The notes under the pieces: model-generated
What the model saw: the letters and a program-made list of their open reading frames with translations, nothing else
What the model was told of the DNA's origin: nothing
The model's database searches: none
NCBI GenBank assembly: GCA_044226015.1
Contig: JBGAHS010000003.1
Span: 512,001 to 576,000 of the forward strand
Reading direction: 5' to 3'
Length of the DNA: 64,000 nucleotides
Source of the DNA: Candidatus Obscuribacteraceae bacterium
Lineage (GTDB): Bacteria; Cyanobacteriota; Vampirovibrionia; Obscuribacterales; Obscuribacteraceae
Program-made: the position numbers and the translations under genes
In this document: piece by piece, positions 1 through 8,012 of the stretch
Layout: every line of letters begins with the position of its first letter
How positions within the stretch are numbered: position 1 is the first letter of the stretch

Positions 1-385
1 CAGCCACAGCTGCTGTTCCGCCGATGCATTCCATCGCAACATCGACAAACATGAGCAAACCCCAGAGCTGCCCGAAGGTCATAGCGGCATAGCTGCCGGT
101 ACTGCCGCTGCGGGAACTGCCGGTGGCAAGCTTAGCAAGACAGAGCGCAGGAGCCGCACAGATGAGTCCCGCCCAGAGGAAGGACTGCCATGCGTGTGCT
201 CCAGCGTAGTTCGTGGCGATGACGCCAGGAGTAGTGAGAATGCCCGCGCCCACGGCTTGAGTCACCGTGAAGAGGAAGACACTCCAGAGTCCGAGGCTGC
301 GAGCGAGTTTTTCGCCGCCATGATGGTCCTCGATGTTGACGGTGAGAGTGGCATCTCGCCACACTCCAGCTAGCCAATTTTTCAT
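1..385 (-). CDS. APC-family amino acid permease (N-terminal part, runs off left edge)
   Basis: Not in the ORF track. My translation from ATG 385 reads MKNWLAG...KLARSLGLWSVFLF...AVGAGILTTPGVIATNYAG...SFLWAGLICAAPALCLAKLA...SGSTGSYAAMTFG, which matches the APC N-terminal pattern (LxRxLGL, GAGI, AG, SGS). The frame is open to base 1. Confidence 0.8.
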   Translation of the reverse strand, partial: MKNWLAGVWRDATLTVNIEDHHGGEKLARSLGLWSVFLFTVTQAVGAGILTTPGVIATNYAGAHAWQSFLWAGLICAAPALCLAKLATGSSRSGSTGSYAAMTFGQLWGLLMFVDVAMECIGGTAAVA

Positions 386-781
386 GCGGAATTCCTGTTA
401 AAGGTTCCATTCCGAGTCGACTTGCTCGGAACGACTTCAAAGAAAAACAGCCCAGCTCACACGAGCTGAACCGTACCTGAACGCCTAACACCTGGTAGGA
501 GACTGAACTGTTCGAGTGATTGATTACCTGGGTGTTTGTCGGGCGCTCGGTGGGGGGGTTGTCGTATACAGTGACGCCTCACTCTATGGTAGGGAAGCAG
601 CGGCAATCAAACGGGCAGCAACAAATGTTTGCGCCAAATCCCATTTATCCAGCAAAAACGCATGGCAATAGCTAGCGCAGATGTTCAGGTAGTGCTTAGC
701 ATTTGAGAGAACTCATATTTGGGAAACGAGAGGATGAAGAAATATTCCATCCTTCGTTTCTTAAACAGTGATCTGATCAAC

Positions 782-1720
782 TCAGGCTTTAGTTGCTTCT
801 TCGTGGGCAGCTTTAATTGCCCGATAGATATGGCTTGTAGCCTGTTCGCCGTCCTCCGGCAATTCGCATGAAGTACTGCCGTAAGTGCAAACGCTGATAG
901 GCTTACCAATCACCGCAACAGTGCGATATTTGTCGCTTGAGAAAAACGGCTCTCCATCGTGCTTGCGGGGCAAGATGAAGTTTGCCAGCAACTTGAGCAA
1001 CTTGAAGGAAATCGGCACTTTGCTTTCGTCTCTCTTACAGTGAATTCCAACCGGCAAGATCCAGAGTTTTTGACCGGCCAGCTCTTCGCCAGCAAGGAAA
1101 GCGATTTCAGCGCATCCTCGCTTGAACAATTCTGGGGCAAGCAACTCTTGCGTATCGAGTTGTCCTTGCGGAAATATTGCAAGAACTGCGTCAAACCCAT
1201 CTTCAACAAGACCCCGTGCTGCGGTCTTCATCGCTCCAATTTTGGAACGCCGTGAAGTCTGATCAACCGGTATTGCTCCTGCGACCGTCATCAAAATACC
1301 TTCGGCTGTTCCTGGCAAAACCTCCAGACTGCTAATGAGAAATCGACCGGCTCTTGCCCCGAGAATTTCAGAGAGAACATCGGTGTCACCAATATCAGTA
1401 TGATTTGCTGCGATGATAAACCGCTCGGAAGGAATGTTTTCACGCCCCGAAACATCAATTCTCACCGACTCTAGTTTTCCTTTGAGCCAGAAGAGAGAAC
1501 GAAGAACTTTGCAGCACGCTTCGCTGGTCTTAGGAGCAAGATAACCAGGAGTCTGAATCTTGAAGGATTCCTCCGACCAGAAGGCTAGCCATTTTACAGT
1601 TCTAACAATACAAACAGGGAGGAATAGAACTAGAGTTAAAACTGCCAGGGAGATGAGCAGGAGAGATGCTCCAAAACTCACATGAGCCCAGCTGATTAAC
1701 CCGAAAATTTGTTGGTTCAT
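782..1720 (-). CDS. PlsC-type lysophospholipid acyltransferase with N-terminal TM helix
   Basis: NHTDIGD (NHxxxxD) and IFPQG motifs, GAIPVD block; GGAG RBS upstream. Confidence 0.8.
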   Translation of the reverse strand: MNQQIFGLISWAHVSFGASLLLISLAVLTLVLFLPVCIVRTVKWLAFWSEESFKIQTPGYLAPKTSEACCKVLRSLFWLKGKLESVRIDVSGRENIPSERFIIAANHTDIGDTDVLSEILGARAGRFLISSLEVLPGTAEGILMTVAGAIPVDQTSRRSKIGAMKTAARGLVEDGFDAVLAIFPQGQLDTQELLAPELFKRGCAEIAFLAGEELAGQKLWILPVGIHCKRDESKVPISFKLLKLLANFILPRKHDGEPFFSSDKYRTVAVIGKPISVCTYGSTSCELPEDGEQATSHIYRAIKAAHEEATKA

Positions 1721-1732
1721 TTATCATTCTTC

Positions 1733-1772
1733 TCCAAAAAAAAGACGGAGCTGCATACAGCGACCCCGTCTT
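1733..1772 (-). terminator. terminator-like hairpin plus U-tract directly before the acyltransferase RBS
   Basis: Minus strand AAGACGGGGTCGCTG-TATG-CAGCTCCGTCTTTTTTTT then GGAG. Confidence 0.55.
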
Positions 1773-1806
1773 AGCCTCTTCTCTGTCAGCGCCTGAACAT
1801 GTGCAA

Positions 1807-3054
1807 TCAGTCGGCGCGATTTCGATCTCGTTCATAGGCGATCCGATCTCGCTCATCGAGCAAGCGGAAATAAGGTTCGCCCGCATCATTGGTCAAAAGC
1901 AAAACTTCCATGGGCAACACCGGATTTGCAAAACCAAAAGGCAACCAGTTTTTCCGGTGCCTGGTGAATGCATCAAAATCCTTGTTGAAGAGTCTTGCGA
2001 GAATTGAAATGACATGTGTTGAACAGAGGTCTGATTCATCTCTTTGCGTGTTGCCTAAGAAGAGCTTCCCGAGACGTGGAAAGCGCATTCTGACACAGGC
2101 GACGAGTCCTTCATAATCAGCGAAAACCATTTTTCCCCAGTTGTAACCTGTGGAACGGAGCCGCCTCGTCAGAGCATCTTTTTGACCAGCAGTGAGAAAG
2201 GGAATTCGCTTAATCAGTATTCGTCGCCTGGCATTCTCGCGAATTGCAGCCAGACGGTTTCGCTTTATCTTGTACATAACGAGCCGATTCAATTTTTCTT
2301 TCCAGGCAGAACCAGATGCTCGAAGAAGCTCTTGCTGCCCCACTTCCGTCAAGCGTGCACAGAACCAGCGTTCGTACCCTTCTTTCAGCCAGGTGTGTTT
2401 CTTGCAGTCCCGAATAACGTCTTCACACGCATGTATGTACGTGCCTGAACCCATTGCACAAGACGAAGCAATAAGAGACTTATTCAGATTGGCTTCTTTG
2501 AACTGACTCCACTCTTGAACGCTGATGGCAACATTCTGCAGCGGCACTGCGTAGATCTCTTCAGAAATTATCTCGCAATGGGCAAAAGCCTGATGAAATG
2601 GCTCCCACCAGACTCCTGTAGTGCCGATTACATCGCCAACCTGAAATGCCTGAGATGGCGGGTCAATCCATGTATCCACAGGCACTACACCGCGCTCAAC
2701 TTTACGGTACAGAAGACGAAGCTTAATCGCTTTAGTGATCAAAAGTGACCATAGAAACATAATCAACATTCCGGCAATCACTTCGCGCAAACACGGTGCT
2801 TTCAGAATTCCAATTGCTGCAGTCAGAGAGCCCAGACCAATGCAGAGCCAGAGCCAACGCTGCTTGCGAGTGTCGAAGAAGACAGGACGCACAAGCTCGT
2901 AGAGCCCGTTTGTTTCAAACAGCCAGAGCACAGACACAAACAAGGGAAACGAAGATTTGAAGGTGCATGGTTCCGACAAAACCAGTGCAGTAGCAAGCCA
3001 AGCCATGACGGAATAAGTTAGTTTTACCGCGTTATCAACTTTGCTCTTTATCAT
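1807..3054 (-). CDS. membrane protein with probable permuted NlpC/P60 (YiiX/YaeF-like) domain
   Basis: About 4 N-terminal hydrophobic helices, then FQVGDVI...FAHCEI (His first) ...GYNW...DLCSTHV (Cys last). Confidence 0.5.
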   Translation of the reverse strand: MIKSKVDNAVKLTYSVMAWLATALVLSEPCTFKSSFPLFVSVLWLFETNGLYELVRPVFFDTRKQRWLWLCIGLGSLTAAIGILKAPCLREVIAGMLIMFLWSLLITKAIKLRLLYRKVERGVVPVDTWIDPPSQAFQVGDVIGTTGVWWEPFHQAFAHCEIISEEIYAVPLQNVAISVQEWSQFKEANLNKSLIASSCAMGSGTYIHACEDVIRDCKKHTWLKEGYERWFCARLTEVGQQELLRASGSAWKEKLNRLVMYKIKRNRLAAIRENARRRILIKRIPFLTAGQKDALTRRLRSTGYNWGKMVFADYEGLVACVRMRFPRLGKLFLGNTQRDESDLCSTHVISILARLFNKDFDAFTRHRKNWLPFGFANPVLPMEVLLLTNDAGEPYFRLLDERDRIAYERDRNRAD

Positions 3055-3069
3055 TGTTGTTCCTCAAGT

Positions 3070-3105
3070 GACAAAAACAAAAAGGCAGTCGCCGAGCGAC
3101 TGCCT
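3070..3105 (-). terminator. terminator-like hairpin plus U-tract in the leader of the 415-aa gene
   Basis: Perfect stem AGGCAGTCGC/GCGACTGCCT followed on the minus strand by TTTTGTTTTTG. Confidence 0.55.
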
Positions 3106-3658
3106 GCTGCACCACACGAGAACGAGCTCGCATAAATGCGTCAACAATTACTATTCAGATTTGGATTAGGGCTAAGGTCTGTCCGATGAACGAGTGAATA
3201 GAGATGTCTATGCGTTTAGTAAATCGTTTCCTTCGAACTCAAAGCAACATTGAAATGCGACTAACCCTTGCTTTCGACCTTTGCGAAGCTACTGCTAGTT
3301 TTTTTTGCCAAGCAGCAAAACCCTTCCTGCTTAACGCGATCACTTCCGCGAATCTAACGAGTTACAAAAGAAACGATCTTGCGAGTTTCTTTTAGCGCCA
3401 ACTTAGTGAGCTAGTTTTGCTCTGGTTTCCCAGAAAGCACTGTTTATTCAGTCCTGCCGGAAGCGCTACAAAAGGGTGTGAAGACATCTTTTTTTTTCAA
3501 TTCAGGCGACCCGCCAAATCAAACTCTAAACCGTTTAACTACTAATCAAAGATTGAGCTTTTGAGCTCGTTTTTCAACACGCATTAAAGCGAAGCAGCCT
3601 GCTTCTATGGACAAGGTCTTTAGAGCATGCTTCTTCGCTTTTTCCTCGAAGGAGCGAT

Positions 3659-3988
3659 ATGAATAAGAACACCATGATGCGAGTATCACTCGCAATAATT
3701 TTCGTTTCTATTACCTTGCTGATCGCCGCTCTGCAGATTCCTCACATTGGTGAAGGCGCTCCTGAGTGGCACACCGTGCGTCGCCCCCGAATACCCACCA
3801 GCACCACATCTGGTACCAGCGACAGTCGCCATGCCGACCGAGAAATCATTCTCTACAAGAGAGTTTGCGTAGACGGGAACTCCCGCAAGATTCGCATAAA
3901 GACAACTGCGTTCTGGATCGGCACTCTTAACTGTTACTGCTATTTCGACGACTACGGAAGGCTTTGTGCCGTTCCCGAACTCCGTTGA
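3659..3988 (+). CDS. hypothetical protein with N-terminal signal/TM segment
   Basis: AAGGAG RBS, hydrophobic N-terminus, four C-terminal Cys. Confidence 0.55.
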   Translation: MNKNTMMRVSLAIIFVSITLLIAALQIPHIGEGAPEWHTVRRPRIPTSTTSGTSDSRHADREIILYKRVCVDGNSRKIRIKTTAFWIGTLNCYCYFDDYGRLCAVPELR

Positions 3989-4032
3989 ACAGACTCCGTA
4001 TCGCTAATCTCCAATCGCAAGAGGTTCCAAAA

Positions 4033-4476
4033 ATGACTCTAGTTAAACCTGTCATTCCTGCTGCTTTGTTCATTTTGCTCGATGATTCAGTACCAGGCTA
4101 CGCCGCTCTTTGTGAAACAGCCCACTCATTGACCGAATCTAAGTCTAGAGATGCTCTGACGCATCTGAGAAAAGCTGTTGTCCTCCAGACCCAGGCAATC
4201 GACAGCTTTTGTGCAGACAATTTCCCCTATCGACCTGCCCTCCTGGTTTTGCGCAAGCGCCTTCTTGCCATTCATTTACTTGAGGCGCTCTATTACATCA
4301 AGGTAAACAATCTCTCCGAGGCAAAAGCAGCGTATGCCAACGCTTTTTCACTTAGCGAAAAAATTCAGACAGACGAGGCAGCAATGCTCGAAACTCTGGA
4401 GGCAATGGGAACTGTAGCAGTGCTAACTCAAATGCTAGAAAGAAAATTGTCGAGGTATCGACCTAGCTGTTTCTAA
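4033..4476 (+). CDS. hypothetical helical protein
   Basis: GAGG RBS before ATG 4033; alpha-helical/TPR-like character. Confidence 0.5.
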   Translation: MTLVKPVIPAALFILLDDSVPGYAALCETAHSLTESKSRDALTHLRKAVVLQTQAIDSFCADNFPYRPALLVLRKRLLAIHLLEALYYIKVNNLSEAKAAYANAFSLSEKIQTDEAAMLETLEAMGTVAVLTQMLERKLSRYRPSCF

Positions 4477-4600
4477 AGTTCCAATAGAGATCGCGGTTGC
4501 GAAGCAGAAGAGAGACCAACTCCTTCTGCTTCACAATTTTGTCCCGCTTTACTATACGCATTCGTATATCAAAAAAAAGAGGCAAACCACCGAAAACGAA

Positions 4601-4630
4601 GGGGAGCAGGTCTTTGCAGACCTGCTCCCC
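4601..4630 (-). terminator. intrinsic terminator hairpin
   Basis: GGGGAGCAGGTCT/AGACCTGCTCCCC inverted repeat between convergent genes. Confidence 0.7.
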
Positions 4631-4659
4631 CCGAAACAAATTACTAGCCGACTACGAAC

Positions 4660-5037
4660 TTAGCGCGCGCGGCGATAGAAGCCATTGCAGTCGTAATACC
4701 AGTAGCCGCCGCGGATGTTATCCCAGTAGGCGCGGACGTAATGCGGATAGGGCGAGCAGAAATCGCTTACCAGAACGGAGATCGAGCCCGCCGGTGCCGG
4801 ATAGGGACGCGGATAGGGGCGAGGATAAGGCTGTGGGTAAGGACGGGGATAGTACCCGCCGTTGTAGCCGCCACGATAGCCGTAGTAGCCATGATGACCA
4901 CCGATATCGACCCGCACGCCGACTCCACCAACACCAACGTAACCGCCGACACGACCGCCAGGTCCGTGAGCGAAGGCCGCGGGTGCCGACACGAACAGTC
5001 CGACCACAAGAGCAGCCGCCATCAACATCTTCTTCAT
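4660..5037 (-). CDS. secreted Gly/Tyr/Pro-rich protein
   Basis: Signal peptide MKKMLMAAALVVGLFVSAPAAFA; YPRP repeats; GC3-rich codons. Confidence 0.75.
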   Translation of the reverse strand: MKKMLMAAALVVGLFVSAPAAFAHGPGGRVGGYVGVGGVGVRVDIGGHHGYYGYRGGYNGGYYPRPYPQPYPRPYPRPYPAPAGSISVLVSDFCSPYPHYVRAYWDNIRGGYWYYDCNGFYRRAR

Positions 5038-5400
5038 AAAGGTTCCTTTTCGAGGCTTGTAGCCACAGTTGGAAGACAGCCAGAGCTCTGTCTCAGTTTT
5101 TGATGCACCTAACAACAACCCCCGTCTGGCAATAGCGCAGACAAGAATGGTCTAAAGATTGGCTCTGGAGATTCTTTGACGATTTTCCTGGGGGGTAAGG
5201 AAAGGTGCAAGAGGATAAGCTAAACTATCAACTAAGTTACGCAGCTATCAATGACTCTGCTCACAGAAATAATTTAAAACCTCAAATAAACCACTATCGG
5301 CTAGCGTGAGCTTTCACTGCGCTTAATCTGCGACAGATTCTACCCATTTGGATGACAGGCATATATACTGTGTCGGTGCTACGAGCAACGGAGAGTAGAT

Positions 5401-6660
5401 ATGTCTAAAACACCTTTCAGCAAGCGCCGAGCAATCATTCTGATTGTCGATGGCTGCGGAATAGGAGCAGCGCCCGACGCCTCTAAATTCGGCGACTCAA
5501 ACACCTGTAATTCGATTGGCAACACAGCCAGCGTCGTAGGCGGTCTGAGCTTGCCCAATATGGAAAGACTGGGTCTGGGAAATATCAACGCAGTTGCGGG
5601 TGTTTCAAATACCAAGGACCCAGTGGGGTTCTATGGAAAACTTGAGGAGCTGTCGGCAGGTAAAGACACTCAGACAGGACATTGGGAAATGATGGGAATC
5701 GTCAGTGATTGCGGCTTCCCGACTTACCCCGACGGTTTTCCCGAAGAAGTAGTAAATCAATTCGTAAGAGAAACAGGTTGCAAGCAAATTTTGTGCAACA
5801 AGCCAGCTTCTGGAACAGCTGTTCTGGAAGAACTCGGAGAAGAGCATCAGAGAACCGGCTACCCGATTGTCTACACGTCAGGTGACAGCGTATTTCAGCT
5901 TGCCTGCCATGTAGACACCATCCCTCTGGAAAAGCAGTATGAATGGTGTCAGATTGCACGTAAGATGTTCAATCAAGGCAAATACAAAATTGGGCGTATC
6001 ATTGCGCGCCCATTTAACGGAACACCCGGCAATTACAAGCGCATGAGTTTCGAAAGAAGAGACCTCGGGGTCAAACCGCCTTCCAAGACGTTTATGGACG
6101 AGTTGATTGACCGTGGTTCAGGCGTTCTTGGAATTGGCAAAATCGAAGACATATTCGACAAGCAAGGTGTCAGCTACGCACAGCATACAGGCTCTAATAA
6201 AGAAGGGCTTGAACTCACGTTGCAAGCGGTGGCAGGCAAATATGACTATACCGGAAGAGCAGTCGGCAAAGAGACACCAGATGCGGTGCAACTCATATTC
6301 ACAAATCTTGTGGACACCGACTCTCTATACGGTCACAGACGAAATGTCGAAGGCTACGCAGGTGCACTTACCGAAATAGACCAGTGGCTCGGAAAAATAA
6401 TGGATGCAATGAACGAGGACGACCTTCTACTCATATCTTCCGACCACGGCAATGACCCTACTGCGCCGGGCAGCGACCACACTAGAGAATATGTTCCGAT
6501 TCTTGCATATTCAAAATCACTTGAAGCTATTGCAAAAGAAAATAGAAATGTAGGAATCAGAAAGGGTTTCTACGACATAGCCGCAAGCCTGTCGGGATGG
6601 TTCGGCATGCCCGCTTCACACGGCGATTCCTTCATTCCGCAATTAACAGAGGTAGCGTAA
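5401..6660 (+). CDS. deoB: phosphopentomutase
   Basis: DGCGIG, GKDTQTGHWEM, YTSGDSVFQ, NLVDTDSLYGHRRN, SDHGNDP, DHTREYVP motifs. Confidence 0.95.
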   Translation: MSKTPFSKRRAIILIVDGCGIGAAPDASKFGDSNTCNSIGNTASVVGGLSLPNMERLGLGNINAVAGVSNTKDPVGFYGKLEELSAGKDTQTGHWEMMGIVSDCGFPTYPDGFPEEVVNQFVRETGCKQILCNKPASGTAVLEELGEEHQRTGYPIVYTSGDSVFQLACHVDTIPLEKQYEWCQIARKMFNQGKYKIGRIIARPFNGTPGNYKRMSFERRDLGVKPPSKTFMDELIDRGSGVLGIGKIEDIFDKQGVSYAQHTGSNKEGLELTLQAVAGKYDYTGRAVGKETPDAVQLIFTNLVDTDSLYGHRRNVEGYAGALTEIDQWLGKIMDAMNEDDLLLISSDHGNDPTAPGSDHTREYVPILAYSKSLEAIAKENRNVGIRKGFYDIAASLSGWFGMPASHGDSFIPQLTEVA

Positions 6661-7194
6661 ATGGCAGAAAACATGAAAGCTGCTTTCCGGGGCGCAAGAA
6701 TGGTCGATTACACCGGAACCCTGCAAGATTTCCAACAGATGCCACACTTTCAGAGTGAATTTGTTGACCTGATCAGAGACACCCGCAACGGTGCTAAAGC
6801 AGTGGTCATTGTTGACCGCGAGATAGGACCTAAGTCTTCCGCTGCCAAGATTGTCACCGACCATATCAATTTGACAGGCGACAATCCTCTTGTCGGTCCA
6901 AATAATCCTATCGGAGAACGATTTCCGATCGTCCAGGGCATTTATCTGAATGAATGTTGGGATAATGCCGAAAGAGTAGTTGTCGCCGGGATAAAAGAAG
7001 GAGTTAAGCCAACTCCGGAAGATTTGAGCCTGCTGCAAGACATAGGTGCGAATGCTTGCTCTTACAATCTTGTGCCATCAATGCTGGTGGCAGCACATGC
7101 AGGCTGGAAGGTTTTGGGAATTGTACTCCCAGAGGGAGTTCAGCTCAACGCAGAGCAGTTGGCCGCAGTAAAGAAACTTACAGGAGCAAAGTAA
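6661..7194 (+). CDS. truncated, probably non-catalytic purine nucleoside phosphorylase-like protein
   Basis: Keeps DHINLTGDNPLVGPNNPIGERFP and GANA...LVP...VAAHAGWKVLGI; lacks GSG, RFHxYEG, NAAGG, YET and GMST. Confidence 0.75.
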   Translation: MAENMKAAFRGARMVDYTGTLQDFQQMPHFQSEFVDLIRDTRNGAKAVVIVDREIGPKSSAAKIVTDHINLTGDNPLVGPNNPIGERFPIVQGIYLNECWDNAERVVVAGIKEGVKPTPEDLSLLQDIGANACSYNLVPSMLVAAHAGWKVLGIVLPEGVQLNAEQLAAVKKLTGAK

Positions 7195-8012
7195 TGGAGA
7201 AAGTAGCAGCAAAACCTGTACAAGAAGCAGTTCAGTTCTTGCGCCAATTTTGCCCCGAAACGCCCTCAGCTGCAATAGTCTTAGGGTCTGGGGTCAAAGT
7301 ACTCGAGAACCTTGAGGAAAGTCGCTCTGTCACATTTCAGGAAGTCTTCGGCATATCGCCTGGAGTCGTTGGTCATTCAGGTGCCATAACCGTAGGTAAA
7401 GTAGATGGAAACACAGTTGCAGTCTTACGCGGACGTTTCCATCTCTATGAAGGGCACTCCTGGGACGTAGTAACATTGCCGACACAAGTCTTAGTTGAAT
7501 GGGGCGTCCCAAATCTTTATCTAACCAATGCCGCTGGTGGTATCAATCAAAATTTTTGCGTAGGCGATCTAATGTTGCTGACGGGCTACCGCGACCATCT
7601 GAATTCTTCCTATCGCACAAGCGGTCTGCTTCCGCAGATGCGAAAAGCAACAGTCAATTGCACTAATCAGCTGACTGACCATATTCTACAAACAGCCAAT
7701 TCCCTCAGCAAAGAAGACAAGCAATTCCGCCTGATGCAGAGCGGAACATACGTTGGGCTACTGGGACCGAACTACGAGACTCTTGCTGAAATCGAAATGC
7801 TGAAATACCTGCATTGCGATGCTGTTGGTATGTCAACCGTTCCCGAACTGCTAACCTGCAACGGAACAAATACTCGAGCCGCAGCAATTTCTGTGATAAC
7901 AAATGTCTGGAAACCTGATGAAGCTGTTGGTGGGCACGAAGAAGTTCTCACTGCCGCAAAAGAAGCATCAGAACGGCTAGACAAGCTGTTTCGCAAAGCA
8001 ATCAAGTCCTGA
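7194..8012 (+). CDS. punA: purine nucleoside phosphorylase (trimeric PNP/PunA type)
   Basis: LGSG, GHSG, GRFHLYEG, TNAAGG, GPNYET, AVGMSTVPE, VITN, HEEV; start overlaps the upstream stop (TAATG). Confidence 0.9.
   Translation: MEKVAAKPVQEAVQFLRQFCPETPSAAIVLGSGVKVLENLEESRSVTFQEVFGISPGVVGHSGAITVGKVDGNTVAVLRGRFHLYEGHSWDVVTLPTQVLVEWGVPNLYLTNAAGGINQNFCVGDLMLLTGYRDHLNSSYRTSGLLPQMRKATVNCTNQLTDHILQTANSLSKEDKQFRLMQSGTYVGLLGPNYETLAEIEMLKYLHCDAVGMSTVPELLTCNGTNTRAAAISVITNVWKPDEAVGGHEEVLTAAKEASERLDKLFRKAIKS

Noticed and set aside
132..491. 119-aa minus-strand ORF from the track
   Set aside because: Wrong frame; the overlapping frame from 385 encodes a recognisable APC permease
4581..4610. GGCAAACC...GAAA resembling a c-di-GMP-I riboswitch start
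   Set aside because: No paired stem around GAAA, no GACGCAAAGC, and it lies between convergent genes
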